A stretch of DNA of 64,000 nt from a virus. Below the pieces are notes generated by a model. It was not told the origin of the DNA, did not search any database, and was given only the letters and a program-made list of their open reading frames with translations. Both the position numbers and the translations under genes were made by a program. Below, piece by piece: positions 9,949-19,254 of this stretch (within the stretch, counting starts at the first letter, position 1; every line of letters starts with the position of its first letter). The stretch covers positions 44,850 through 108,849 of the IMG/VR virus record IMGVR_UViG_3300032235_000623; one strand, written 5' to 3'.

Positions 9949-10489
9949 CCACGAAATGGTAACAGATAAAATTGTACAGTTTAATGATGTATTTGAGGAC
10001 TTGGATGCTGTAGTTTCCAAGGTAGAGTCTGGATCCTGGGAGCACTGGGGTAGAGCAAATAATGAACGTGTTGGAACATTAAGATGGATCTATAAGATAG
10101 AAGGCTATCTTTATAATGAAATTAATTCAGCTGTTACAAAAGCAGCAGACGAATATTTTGAGAACCAATCTATTAAAAAGAATGAGTATATGTTTTCGAA
10201 CAGCTCATATCATATTAGAAAATGGGATGCACCAATGAGAGGCATGGAGCCTCATTCAGACTTTTCAGCAAATGAGGATGGAAGCAGAAGCAACCCCTCA
10301 TACACCATATGTGGTTATATCACAGAGGATTACGAGGGCGGGCACCTAGAATTTCCTAAGCACAACATATCTATTAAGCCAAAAGCTGGATCTATTATAA
10401 TATTTCCATCTGATGAATGGCACGGAGTTTCTGATGTAATAAGCGGAAATAGAATGATGTTTAGCTTATTTATACATAAAACCCATTGA
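9938..10489 (+). CDS. 2OG-Fe(II) oxygenase (prolyl-4-hydroxylase-like)
   Basis: HSD..DYEGGHL.F..HGV..GNR. Confidence 0.9.
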   Translation: MTTNHEMVTDKIVQFNDVFEDLDAVVSKVESGSWEHWGRANNERVGTLRWIYKIEGYLYNEINSAVTKAADEYFENQSIKKNEYMFSNSSYHIRKWDAPMRGMEPHSDFSANEDGSRSNPSYTICGYITEDYEGGHLEFPKHNISIKPKAGSIIIFPSDEWHGVSDVISGNRMMFSLFIHKTH

Positions 10490-10606
10490 CAAAACTTCAG
10501 TTATTTTATATGATTATCTCATGTCCATAAAAGAATATAACTCATCCTACTCTGAATGCGAGTGTGGAAAGATAATGTGCCCTAAGTGCTCAGAGGTAGG
10601 TAGATA

Positions 10607-10885
10607 ATGATAAGCTTAGTTGACTGGTTTATTAACAGATTATTTAGTAATAGATACCTTAGAGAGGCTATCTTTGCTGAGGTACATTTCTATGATCATA
10701 TAGAGGCAGCTCTAAAAGAGCCTACAACAAACCTATCCTGGGAAGAAGGCGGACTTTGGTATGGGTATACCTTTAATGAAATGCATAAGTTATATCTATT
10801 TGATGATACTGGATATGAGACAATGACAGAACTCTGGGACAACCTATGGACCAGAGACATGGAGCACGGATTGAGTTATAGATGA
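10607..10885 (+). CDS. Hypothetical protein
   Basis: ORF in operon context. Confidence 0.55.
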   Translation: MISLVDWFINRLFSNRYLREAIFAEVHFYDHIEAALKEPTTNLSWEEGGLWYGYTFNEMHKLYLFDDTGYETMTELWDNLWTRDMEHGLSYR

Positions 10886-11178
10886 CAGAGTACTGGTCGT
10901 ATCTCTTAGCAGCAATTGGCGTTACAGGCATATTCTTTGTTGGTCGAAAGACCATTTGGGGATGGCTGATCTTATTATTAAATGAATGTATATGGATAGC
11001 ATACGCATTAGCCACGGATCAATATGGGTTCATTATCATGGCTACAGCCTATTCTGCTGTATATATTAAATCTTTTATATCTTGGAAGAAAGAAGAAAAA
11101 GAAGAACATATCTCACAATATGAGATTAATACTCATGGTCAAATAGATCATAGATATATACATATTGATCGCAATTAG
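10882..11178 (+). CDS. PnuC-like small membrane protein
   Basis: Three TM helices, WGWL..NE..W.AY..QYGF pattern. Confidence 0.55.
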   Translation: MTEYWSYLLAAIGVTGIFFVGRKTIWGWLILLLNECIWIAYALATDQYGFIIMATAYSAVYIKSFISWKKEEKEEHISQYEINTHGQIDHRYIHIDRN

Positions 11179-11648
11179 TGAAGCGCAAAAGTAGAGAGCA
11201 GAATTTCGAATATATGACAAAAAAAGAGATCATATTCGCCTTATATAATCAAGGCATGTCGTACCGACAAATCAAAGAGCAAACTGGCTTTTCAAAAGGC
11301 ACCATTTCCTATCATTTGGGCGAAGGGGTCAAAGAGAGGGCAATGGATCGGCGGAAGCAGGATAGACATAAAATTACCACCTATATCAGAGAAGAAAAGG
11401 TGGGCAAGGTATGTATGGACTGCAGAGAAGATTATCCCCATTGGATTCTAGAATTTGACCATAGACCAGGGGAGGAAAAGAAATTTACCATTGGTACCCA
11501 TAATATCGCTAGAGACAAATCACTAGATGAAGTTAAAGATGAAATAGCTAAATGTGATATCGTATGTGCTAATTGCCATAAGAATAGGACATACTGGAGA
11601 AAGCTCAAGAATGGAGTCTATCCAGCAACCAAGGAACTATACGACTAG
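11178..11648 (+). CDS. HTH plus HNH endonuclease
   Basis: GMSYRQI..SKGTISYHL HTH; CMDC..LEFDH..CANCH. Confidence 0.8.
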   Translation: MKRKSREQNFEYMTKKEIIFALYNQGMSYRQIKEQTGFSKGTISYHLGEGVKERAMDRRKQDRHKITTYIREEKVGKVCMDCREDYPHWILEFDHRPGEEKKFTIGTHNIARDKSLDEVKDEIAKCDIVCANCHKNRTYWRKLKNGVYPATKELYD

Positions 11649-11649
11649 G

Positions 11650-12177
11650 ATGAACTCTTGGCAATATGGGCTTACAGCCCAAGAAGAAGCCTTGTGTGTA
11701 GAGGTAGGATATCAGCGTCAAAAGCCATACTTTGGCGATCCTAGCAAAAACATTAATTATGCTGAAGGTGACCTATGGGAGATGTGGCAGCATGTCATAT
11801 GTGCAGGGTCTGAGCTAGCATTTGCCAGAATGATGGGTAATAAGGAATTTGTACCTCATGTGAACAAATGGAAGACTGAATTAGATATCCCAGGTGTTGG
11901 TGAGATAAGATACTCGTTTAATCCAGATGGTGGACTTAGATTCACAAATAGGGATAATCCTGATCTCAAATATGTATTATTAATTGACGGGATGGCTATC
12001 AAAAATAGGACGGGGAAGAACGAAGAAAGACGAAGTACTCCCTATAAAGCTATAGGATGGCTATATGGACATGAATGTATGAAGGATGAATATCTATCTA
12101 AATACAATAATAGAACATGGGTTGTACCTCAGAGCAAATTAAAACCTATGCCTAACCATATTAAACCAGTTGACTAG
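11650..12177 (+). CDS. Hypothetical protein (possible PD-(D/E)xK-like fold)
   Basis: GSELAFA..LDI..GEIR pattern; weak. Confidence 0.5.
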   Translation: MNSWQYGLTAQEEALCVEVGYQRQKPYFGDPSKNINYAEGDLWEMWQHVICAGSELAFARMMGNKEFVPHVNKWKTELDIPGVGEIRYSFNPDGGLRFTNRDNPDLKYVLLIDGMAIKNRTGKNEERRSTPYKAIGWLYGHECMKDEYLSKYNNRTWVVPQSKLKPMPNHIKPVD

Positions 12178-12200
12178 AATATATATAGTATAATATAGAT

Positions 12201-12353
12201 ATGAGCATACTCGACAATTTAGAAGCATATCTAGAATTAGAAGAATTAGATCCACTTGGTAAATCTTGGAAAGATGCACCAGATTGGTGTGACGATTGTG
12301 TAGCAAATCCTGGAGAGAAATGTCCAGATTGTGGCTATACACATAATTGCTGA
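12201..12353 (+). CDS. Small Zn-ribbon protein (not in ORF track)
   Basis: Leaderless ATG; CDDC and CPDC. Confidence 0.55.
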   Translation: MSILDNLEAYLELEELDPLGKSWKDAPDWCDDCVANPGEKCPDCGYTHNC

Positions 12354-12905
12354 AGCTCCACAAAATAGGACATATTAGCTCCTAGCTCCTATATCCCCCT
12401 CCTAATTATCTCCTCTCTATGAGCCTCCTAGAGGCTTTTAAAGTGGAGTAAAGTGGAGTATTGTGGAGAATATTACTATCAATTCATGTCTAATTACTAT
12501 TATTATATATAGATAAAGATATATGAGTAATTGAACACCATCTCACAATATGGACGTAATCCCAATTTGAGCAATTTGCAGCATATTCTGCCATTTCTGT
12601 CAATAGTGGCATATTCAGGCAATTTTGTCAAGCCTTCGTAAAGGAAAAATTGTGCCCATTTCGCCAAAAATTTGATCCAAATTCTGACAGATATTATATC
12701 TATTTTATTATATTGTTATAACATTTTGTTATATTCTATATTCATTTTGTCTTATTCTGATCAAAATTTCAGGGACATTTTATAAGCTGTCGTAAACGAA
12801 TTATTTGGCCCATAATTTTTTCATAGAAAAAGGACCTATACATCCAAAATGTACATCATGTACAAATCGGACATATAGGTCCAGTGGAAATATGTTTATT
12901 TAGTT

Positions 12906-13313
12906 TTATGGACCAACTGTTGCAACTGCCTGGAAATGAGCTGTTTCTCCATGGTAGTCTCCATGTAGCCATTTCTTATCAGATTCTTGATATAGGTTCT
13001 CAATTGATTTAGTTTTATGTTGTTTTACATTAGGGATTTTGATATTATTAAATTCCCGCTTTTCTTTAACTAAGTTAATTGCTTTATGTAGGTTATTGGC
13101 TAGGATTAAGCCTTCGCTTGTATTGCCTTCCGCCAACTCAACATCATATCGTTGCTTCATTGAGAATACGATATTTACAACGAGTTCCATTACCTTATCA
13201 ACTGTATAAATTGGCTGATTAGATAAATGCCGTGCCACCGCTGCCGTGTTGAAGAAATGGTCTTCGACACATGAAGCAACTGTGTCTGCTAGTTTTGTTT
13301 CTCTTGGTTGCAT
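12906..13313 (-). CDS. Hypothetical early protein
   Basis: ORF with RBS and upstream AGTCAG-N10-TATAAT promoter. Confidence 0.6.
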   Translation of the reverse strand: MQPRETKLADTVASCVEDHFFNTAAVARHLSNQPIYTVDKVMELVVNIVFSMKQRYDVELAEGNTSEGLILANNLHKAINLVKEKREFNNIKIPNVKQHKTKSIENLYQESDKKWLHGDYHGETAHFQAVATVGP

Positions 13314-13391
13314 TTGTTTCCGCCTTTTCTATAGAACCGTTGATTATATCAGAAAGGGCTGACTTGCGCCAGCCCTTCCCACATTATGAGA

Positions 13392-13538
13392 TTACTTCTT
13401 TGAGCTTGGGGTTTCTGCTGTAAACTTGATACCCTGCTTCTCTGCCTCTGCAAGTACGTTCTTTGCAGCTGATGAGAAACGACCACGGCGGCCTACAGAG
13501 ATTCCCTTTGATACTAGATATTCACGCTTTGTTGTCAT
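13392..13538 (-). CDS. 48-aa Lsr2 DNA-binding-domain-only protein (not in ORF track)
   Basis: MTTKREYLVSKGISVGRRGRFSSAA resembles the Lsr2 C-domain RGR AT-hook; GAAAGGA RBS. Confidence 0.6.
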   Translation of the reverse strand: MTTKREYLVSKGISVGRRGRFSSAAKNVLAEAEKQGIKFTAETPSSKK

Positions 13539-13664
13539 TTGATTTGATCCTTTCATGATCGGTTGTTATATATATTATATAAGATATTCACGAATTTGTA
13601 AATACCCTCGTAACTATTTTTTTTATCCCTTATATGTTTATTTAGTTATATTAAATTAGTTATA

Positions 13665-13835
13665 TTAATTAACTAATTCGTAGTCATATGGGTCAATAGA
13701 GTTATCTATCTCTAATTGGATCCATTCTGTTCTATCTGCAGCATCAGCCTTTTCATAGGCCTCCTGCAAGCTTTCCGCCTCCACCTCCAGATAATACTTG
13801 TCTACAAGGTCTCCGAATATTTTGAATTTAGTCAT
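13665..13835 (-). CDS. Hypothetical early protein
   Basis: VEAESLQEAYEKA pattern common in small phage proteins. Confidence 0.55.
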   Translation of the reverse strand: MTKFKIFGDLVDKYYLEVEAESLQEAYEKADAADRTEWIQLEIDNSIDPYDYELVN

Positions 13836-14157
13836 CCTCTTCCTCCTCATCTTCTTCAAACATTAAGTCTGTCATAATATCATTATCTGTCATCCAGTCA
13901 CGTACATCTTCGTAGTGCTGTTCTGCCCCGTATTCTAGAGAGAACCCGTGTCCGTTTTTAACAGACTCACACAGCCTGTCCCATACCTCATCCTCTGACA
14001 TCTCAAAGCGGTACTCCTCATCGGCCATAAAACCCTTGATTGTGCTCCAGGTCCATAGCCAAACCAGGGATAGCCCCAGGTCCGTTGTATCTAGGATATC
14101 GAGACATTGGTTTAGTTTATCTTTATCTTGTGGCTTCACGTTGCTTGGTCCTTTCAT
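13828..14157 (-). CDS. Hypothetical acidic early protein
   Basis: Overlapping ORF chain. Confidence 0.55.
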   Translation of the reverse strand: MKGPSNVKPQDKDKLNQCLDILDTTDLGLSLVWLWTWSTIKGFMADEEYRFEMSEDEVWDRLCESVKNGHGFSLEYGAEQHYEDVRDWMTDNDIMTDLMFEEDEEEEDD

Positions 14158-14413
14158 TAATTGAGAATGCTAATTGATAAGTTAATCCATATACAGCAGT
14201 CAAGGCGTCCATATAGCCTTCGTTGTACAGCCGCTCCACAGTGTCATCGTAGTCTTCATCTGAGCCCAATTCATTTGAGTTCTGTAGAAGAGGAACGAGG
14301 ACCTGCTCGCATTCATACATCATGTTCTTCAATTCACCATGCAGAATGTCTGTCCCTGACTCACCAAGGTCGACGAGTTTCTGCAGGCGTGGTTCTAGTT
14401 CTGTAGTGTTCAT
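14123..14413 (-). CDS. Hypothetical early protein
   Basis: Overlapping ORF chain. Confidence 0.55.
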   Translation of the reverse strand: MNTTELEPRLQKLVDLGESGTDILHGELKNMMYECEQVLVPLLQNSNELGSDEDYDDTVERLYNEGYMDALTAVYGLTYQLAFSINERTKQREATR

Positions 14414-14616
14414 TGGGCCATTATATCCTCTGCCACTGACAAAAAGTGGCGGGTAGCAATAATCTGTCCATTGATAGAGATATCCTCAATCTCTAAAGAC
14501 TGATACTCATTTGATTCCATTTCTTCAAATAAATCCATTTCAGCCTGTAGAGCCTCAGAATCTTGCTCTAAACTAATTAGATGTAACTTCATATATTCGA
14601 TTAATTGATTAGACAT
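14410..14616 (-). CDS. Hypothetical early protein
   Basis: GAGG RBS, ATGA overlap. Confidence 0.55.
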   Translation of the reverse strand: MSNQLIEYMKLHLISLEQDSEALQAEMDLFEEMESNEYQSLEIEDISINGQIIATRHFLSVAEDIMAQ

Positions 14617-14714
14617 TTACTACCTCATATCTTTGAGTTAATCTATCATAATATCTAGCAGCCTGACATGTGCAACTAAATATACCTGGTACATCTGAAC
14701 ATTCCCATTTATGT

Positions 14715-14879
14715 TCATGCATGATCGAAATACCCTTCTGCCCATAGGCCTTGTAAGAAATCATGAGCCATAACTAAATAATTATGAATTGCAGGATTAT
14801 CATCAGCATTGACCAATAGGTCAGCTTGATAAACACCATACGTCATATCTGCTAAATCTTTTTGTGTGTAGCCCAACAT
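14715..14879 (-). CDS. Hypothetical early protein
   Basis: MLGYTQ start. Confidence 0.5.
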   Translation of the reverse strand: MLGYTQKDLADMTYGVYQADLLVNADDNPAIHNYLVMAHDFLQGLWAEGYFDHA

Positions 14880-15042
14880 TATTTTACTTCCCAATACTCT
14901 AGTATTAGATTTAATGCAGAATGGATATTGCAATCACAATCCCCACCCATGTTATCCATAAATTCTAGATGACTATAATTGTCATCATAGATTTCATCTA
15001 CTAATTGACCTACTGTCATTGCTCTTAGTTTGCTAATAGTTC

Positions 15043-15816
15043 TCATGCTTCCACCTTTTCTGTAGATTCCAATAATACACTATGGGTCTGACATTCTTTC
15101 ATAGCCTCTTCATCCTGCCAAGAGCCTTGGTTGCATTCTGAGCAGAATTCACCACAGTCATCTTCACAATAATCTAATGTATTAAATGATTGGCAAGCAT
15201 AGCAGCGATTCTCATATTCTAGAATCTCTTTTACTTCACCACGGACAATCTCATATTCCCCACCCCAACCTGTTTCTTCCTCATACTCCAATGTGAGCAG
15301 GCAGTTTGGAACAAGATTAGATAGTTTAGTTAGAATAGTTACAGCAGGTGACCATGCAGTCTCATATTTATAGACAACCCAGTTGTCATCACCATCTGAC
15401 TTATATTCAATTATTTCTGTGTTTGGATACTTGTCATCATCAGATACAGCCACATCCCATTTGGTGCCCCAATTAGAATTATTCCATGAGTACCAATCCT
15501 TTTGAGTCTTAGCAAACTCAACAGATTTAGCAAACCAATTAGGGTCCTTCATATCTACACCATCACGTGCAGGCTGGCAGGCATACTCCTCATCAGTAAT
15601 ACCTTCATCTTTATATGAGTGGATATTAAAGAAAGCAAAGACAGGATTAGAATAAGTTACTTCTTTAAATTTGGTGGGGAAACCCATAGATGAAATATCA
15701 CCCATACCATGTGTCTCAATAGCCAATGTAAAAGGCTTATTCAATCTATCTTTAATCATATCTACCTCAGACTTAGGTCCTTGGATAGTCAATGTGTTAT
15801 ATACCCAATTTGGCAT
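15043..15816 (-). CDS. DUF1281/YubB ferredoxin-like-fold protein with C-terminal Cys cluster
   Basis: MPNWVYN, WYSWNNSNWGTKWD and ETAWSP motifs. Confidence 0.75.
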   Translation of the reverse strand: MPNWVYNTLTIQGPKSEVDMIKDRLNKPFTLAIETHGMGDISSMGFPTKFKEVTYSNPVFAFFNIHSYKDEGITDEEYACQPARDGVDMKDPNWFAKSVEFAKTQKDWYSWNNSNWGTKWDVAVSDDDKYPNTEIIEYKSDGDDNWVVYKYETAWSPAVTILTKLSNLVPNCLLTLEYEEETGWGGEYEIVRGEVKEILEYENRCYACQSFNTLDYCEDDCGEFCSECNQGSWQDEEAMKECQTHSVLLESTEKVEA

Positions 15817-15977
15817 TATCGGCACACTCGCTTTGTTACATATTTGTAATATGTATATGCTTTAGAAGATTTATCCTTAACTTGATATCTCTTATATGTA
15901 CATACCTCAGCATTTGCTGGGGCGGAAACAATAGGAAGTAATCCTAGTATAATACCTGCGATAATAGTTTTACGCAT
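15816..15977 (-). CDS. Small secreted protein
   Basis: Signal peptide MRKTII..ANA, two Cys, RBS AACGAAAGGA. Confidence 0.55.
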   Translation of the reverse strand: MRKTIIAGIILGLLPIVSAPANAEVCTYKRYQVKDKSSKAYTYYKYVTKRVCR

Positions 15978-16222
15978 TTTATATCCTTTCGTTGATATAA
16001 GAGAATTATACATTGGACCACCGACAAATGGAATAGATATGCTGTGTGAATTGGACCACATTGTTAGGTTTTGATCAAAGCTTGTTAGGTTTAATTAGAT
16101 CTATTGTTAGATTTTATCAATCATTGTTAGGTTTGTGGTCAATATCACAGAATTTCAGGAGATTTTGACTTGACCTCGTAAAAGAAATAATGTACTCTCT
16201 TGTCTTTGTGGGCATAAAAAGA

Positions 16223-16256
16223 TCCCCCGCCGATACCGCAGTATCAAGCGGGGGAA
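16223..16256 (-). terminator. Intrinsic terminator
   Basis: GC-rich hairpin followed by a T-run on the minus strand. Confidence 0.65.
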
Positions 16257-16261
16257 TTATA

Positions 16262-16347
16262 GTAGGGCTGCCTGGCCAAACGAAAGGAATTAAGTAAATG
16301 CCTGCGTACTTAGCGACTTGGCGAATGCCTTAGTAGCCGCACCCCAC
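16262..16347 (-). ncRNA. Candidate structured small RNA carrying an anti-RBS sequence
   Basis: Nested stems with G-U pairs favouring the minus strand; unpaired UUCCUUUCGUU. Confidence 0.45.
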
Positions 16348-16382
16348 ATCCAAAGACAAACTAGTTGCCTAGGATTATTATA

Positions 16383-16787
16383 TCATACTGGAAGAAGTTC
16401 GTCCGAATACTTTTCACAGAATGCGGACAGGTCCATGGTAAATAAAGCCTCATTCTTCATTCCACGTACCTTGTTTGACTGATTCCTAAAGTCATCTTGC
16501 TCATGAAGACTAAAGGTTTGGTCCTTCCAATTAATTACAGGAATCTTGTGCTCATTGTCTGATAGAGAGTTGACCTGTAGACCCCAGCCAGTCTCCATAT
16601 TCCATTGGTCACCAATTAGACGTGATGTAGCAATGCGTGTTGCATATGAATCATCGTTCCAACGTGCTCGTGCATGGACTACAGCATCCGCTAAATTCTT
16701 TAGCATGTCATAGCCAGCCCAGTGTCCGTATAGTACAATTGTCTCTCCGCTATCCTGTACGAATACGAAGTTTGCTCTGTTACCCAT
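16383..16787 (-). CDS. Hypothetical early protein
   Basis: MGNRANF..LYGHWAG pattern. Confidence 0.6.
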   Translation of the reverse strand: MGNRANFVFVQDSGETIVLYGHWAGYDMLKNLADAVVHARARWNDDSYATRIATSRLIGDQWNMETGWGLQVNSLSDNEHKIPVINWKDQTFSLHEQDDFRNQSNKVRGMKNEALFTMDLSAFCEKYSDELLPV

Positions 16788-16788
16788 T

Positions 16789-16995
16789 TTATTCCGCCGT
16801 TTCTAGTTGAGGTGTTTCTTCTGTCTTATTCAATTCTATAATTTCATATGACACCTTGTCAAGTGCCTCTTTATTTTTATTGTAGTGGTGCCCGCAGAAA
16901 GCTAGCTCGCCTTCTACTAATTTAATTAAATACATAGCTTGGGCGGACCCACATTGGTCGCAGCCAATCCATCTATTTAAATCGTCTGTGCTCAT
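16789..16995 (-). CDS. Zn-finger-like small protein
   Basis: CDQC..FCGHH. Confidence 0.6.
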   Translation of the reverse strand: MSTDDLNRWIGCDQCGSAQAMYLIKLVEGELAFCGHHYNKNKEALDKVSYEIIELNKTEETPQLETAE

Positions 16996-17146
16996 ATATT
17001 ATTCTCTTCGATCATATCAGCAAGACGGTCAAGCAACCAGGTATCGATATCGTTAATATCAATCTCTCGTAACTTTTCTATGATTTCTTCACGAGCAAAT
17101 TTATACCCGTCATCAAATCCATCTTTATAATCTGACATATTATCTC

Positions 17147-17350
17147 CTAATAACCTGTTGTTTCATATTCGCTAAAATAAGTTTCAGTTAAGTTAAACTT
17201 ATCTCTAATGCGACTTACTTTCTCAATACTACCAGTTCCAATGTTGAAAGTCAACGGTCCAATTAGTTGAGGGTCAAGTCCAGTTATCTCGGCATCCCAG
17301 AAGGCCCTTTGCAGGGCCAACTGAGATGGAGCGGTGAGTTCAAAATACAT
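17147..17350 (-). CDS. Hypothetical early protein
   Basis: TAATG coupling. Confidence 0.55.
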   Translation of the reverse strand: MYFELTAPSQLALQRAFWDAEITGLDPQLIGPLTFNIGTGSIEKVSRIRDKFNLTETYFSEYETTGY

Positions 17351-18006
17351 TAGTAAGCCTCACGAACATGGCAGACTTCTTGCTCATCAATAACGATGTT
17401 GCCATCCTGTGCATCGACATATAGCGCATCTGTAATTTCTGATTCAAGGTCATAATCTTCTAATAGATTTAGTGTAATTGTTCCGCTAACTTCAACAGTT
17501 GCGGTAAATTCCACATCCTTGGTTAATTCAATGCCAAGCGCTTCAGCAATTGACTGCAAAGTATCTTGGTCGTCTGAATCAGCATATGACTCAAGAATAA
17601 TATCTTTAACTGTATTAATCTTAGACTGAAGCAGGCTAACAGTTTTCTGTGACTGTCGTCCATTGTGCAGGTCCCACTCAAGAGATGCAACCTTTGATGT
17701 TGTATATTCAGGGTCAGAATATCCGTGAATAACTTTATATGTAACTAGTAAATCAGGATTGTAAGCAACTGCAGGTGAATGAAATGCATCTGAGCCAATT
17801 GTTGTTGTTTCCATCGTTTCCTCTTTCGTTGTAGTTATAGGTGGTATTGTAGCATCTTCCACTGACAATAATGTGCAATTAGAGTTGCAACGACATGTGA
17901 GGTCCATCACACCCGCTGGCCATCCATATCCATCTTTAATTGTATATTCGATTAAAGCATCACAGTCTCCCGTGCATACCCAGGTGTATTTCTGATATGT
18001 TGTCAT
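17350..18006 (-). CDS. Hypothetical protein with a long (18006) and a short (17814) in-frame start
   Basis: Two promoters and an internal RBS in one frame. Confidence 0.6.
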   Translation of the reverse strand: MTTYQKYTWVCTGDCDALIEYTIKDGYGWPAGVMDLTCRCNSNCTLLSVEDATIPPITTTKEETMETTTIGSDAFHSPAVAYNPDLLVTYKVIHGYSDPEYTTSKVASLEWDLHNGRQSQKTVSLLQSKINTVKDIILESYADSDDQDTLQSIAEALGIELTKDVEFTATVEVSGTITLNLLEDYDLESEITDALYVDAQDGNIVIDEQEVCHVREAY

Positions 18007-18131
18007 GGCGAGTATTGTACAGGACCCCACTGACATTTACAAGGATTTTCGGGAAAAAGCTTTGTGATACGTAACACATTTTTTTGGCCTTCAGATCTGG
18101 GGGCATCTCATTATCTGAGATTCAAATCTTG

Positions 18132-18205
18132 CGATCTGTATGGGACTTGAACCCACGACCTCTACCGTGACAGGGTAGCGCTCTAACCAACTGAGCTAAC
18201 AGACC
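18132..18205 (-). tRNA. tRNA-Asp(GTC)
   Basis: Acceptor GGTCTGT/ACAGATC, anticodon loop CTGTCAC, GGTTCAA T-loop; CCA not encoded. Confidence 0.92.
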
Positions 18206-18211
18206 AAATGG

Positions 18212-18240
18212 TGAGCAGTTTTAAATCTTGCTCAGGATTT
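18212..18240 (-). ncRNA. H-type pseudoknot motif, copy 1
   Basis: P1 AAATC/GATTT, P2 TGAGCA/TGCTCA. Confidence 0.5.
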
Positions 18241-18246
18241 TATTAT

Positions 18247-19254
18247 TTAGAAGGCTTTAACCAACTTCATAATTTTATTTTTTTCTGCAGTTAAGATTGG
18301 GTCAAAACCGCTTGCACCCGCCATTAGGGATTCAGAATTTCCACGTGATGTGCGGAAATAATCTAGACGTTCAGTTAGCGCATTGAATGCACCCCACTTT
18401 GTGCCCTTGATATTAGCGTTAGTTGGTGAGTTATGATACAAGTCATCAAGAAGAACAACTTTGTTTTCCCACTTTGTGAGAGCAATTTTAGATGCATCTT
18501 CTTTTGGCTTTGGATAAATTGTCTGAATCAACTTTGAAAATTCGGCGTTAGTAATCTCTTGCTTGAAGAGTTCCTGCGCTTCTTTTTCAAATTCATCAAA
18601 GTAACCAAGTGCAAGACCAAGAGTCTCACGAGCAACTTGAATGCGACCTTCTACAGATTGCGTGTGGCGAATCTTGAAAGATTGCTTTGCATTACGCATT
18701 GCAAGATTCAAAGTGTTTTGGCATACAACACGAACAGGGGTAATTGCTGCTTGAACAGCAACAGAACCGTCGTGTGATGTCCATACAATTAAATAAAGTT
18801 TAGTTGCATCGTTAGCGCCTTGTGGGTCAAGCACCATTGTGCGAGGAATATCCACAGTGCCGAAAACAACTTTGCCCTTTTTCAATGAGCCAGCAGATTC
18901 CCAACGGCAGTCAGCGTTGGCATCATGAATTGCATCAGCGAATGCAAACAATTCTTCATTCTGCACAGGCTTGTAGCGCTTTCCAACAGTTGCAAGAACA
19001 TCAGTCCCGCCATTGAATGGATTAGTGCGAACAACTAAAGATGAATTTGAAACATCGTTCCAAGATTCGTCAATGTGATTTGTGATTGGAGATAAACGAA
19101 CATCCCAATTTGCTAACTTTGCTTCTTCAAGCATTGTTGCAGTTGTAACTTCCTCATCTTGTGAGAAGATACGATTTGCAAGGTTGTGCCATGCAGGAGC
19201 GCCACGAAGAGCAAATGCAACTTCGCCGTTTTCGACTTCGAGATTGTGAGCCAT
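18247..19254 (-). CDS. DUF932 / phage-plasmid-like (TIGR03299-type) protein
   Basis: PAWH, YKPVQN, SHDGS, PVRVVCQNT and GTKWGAFNALTE motifs. Confidence 0.85.
   Translation of the reverse strand: MAHNLEVENGEVAFALRGAPAWHNLANRIFSQDEEVTTATMLEEAKLANWDVRLSPITNHIDESWNDVSNSSLVVRTNPFNGGTDVLATVGKRYKPVQNEELFAFADAIHDANADCRWESAGSLKKGKVVFGTVDIPRTMVLDPQGANDATKLYLIVWTSHDGSVAVQAAITPVRVVCQNTLNLAMRNAKQSFKIRHTQSVEGRIQVARETLGLALGYFDEFEKEAQELFKQEITNAEFSKLIQTIYPKPKEDASKIALTKWENKVVLLDDLYHNSPTNANIKGTKWGAFNALTERLDYFRTSRGNSESLMAGASGFDPILTAEKNKIMKLVKAF

Noticed and set aside
11178-11648. HNH gene as part of an intron or intein
   Set aside because: Free-standing between intact small ORFs; no interrupted host gene is evident
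15043-15816. YubB ferredoxin-like protein as redox partner for the P450
   Set aside because: The family name refers to fold only; there is no canonical Fe-S ferredoxin motif and it lies in a different transcription block
18206-18245. Hammerhead or HDV-like (theta) ribozyme beside tRNA-Asp
   Set aside because: Lacks the CUGANGA/GAAA core and is too small for the nested double pseudoknot; kept only as an unnamed pseudoknot
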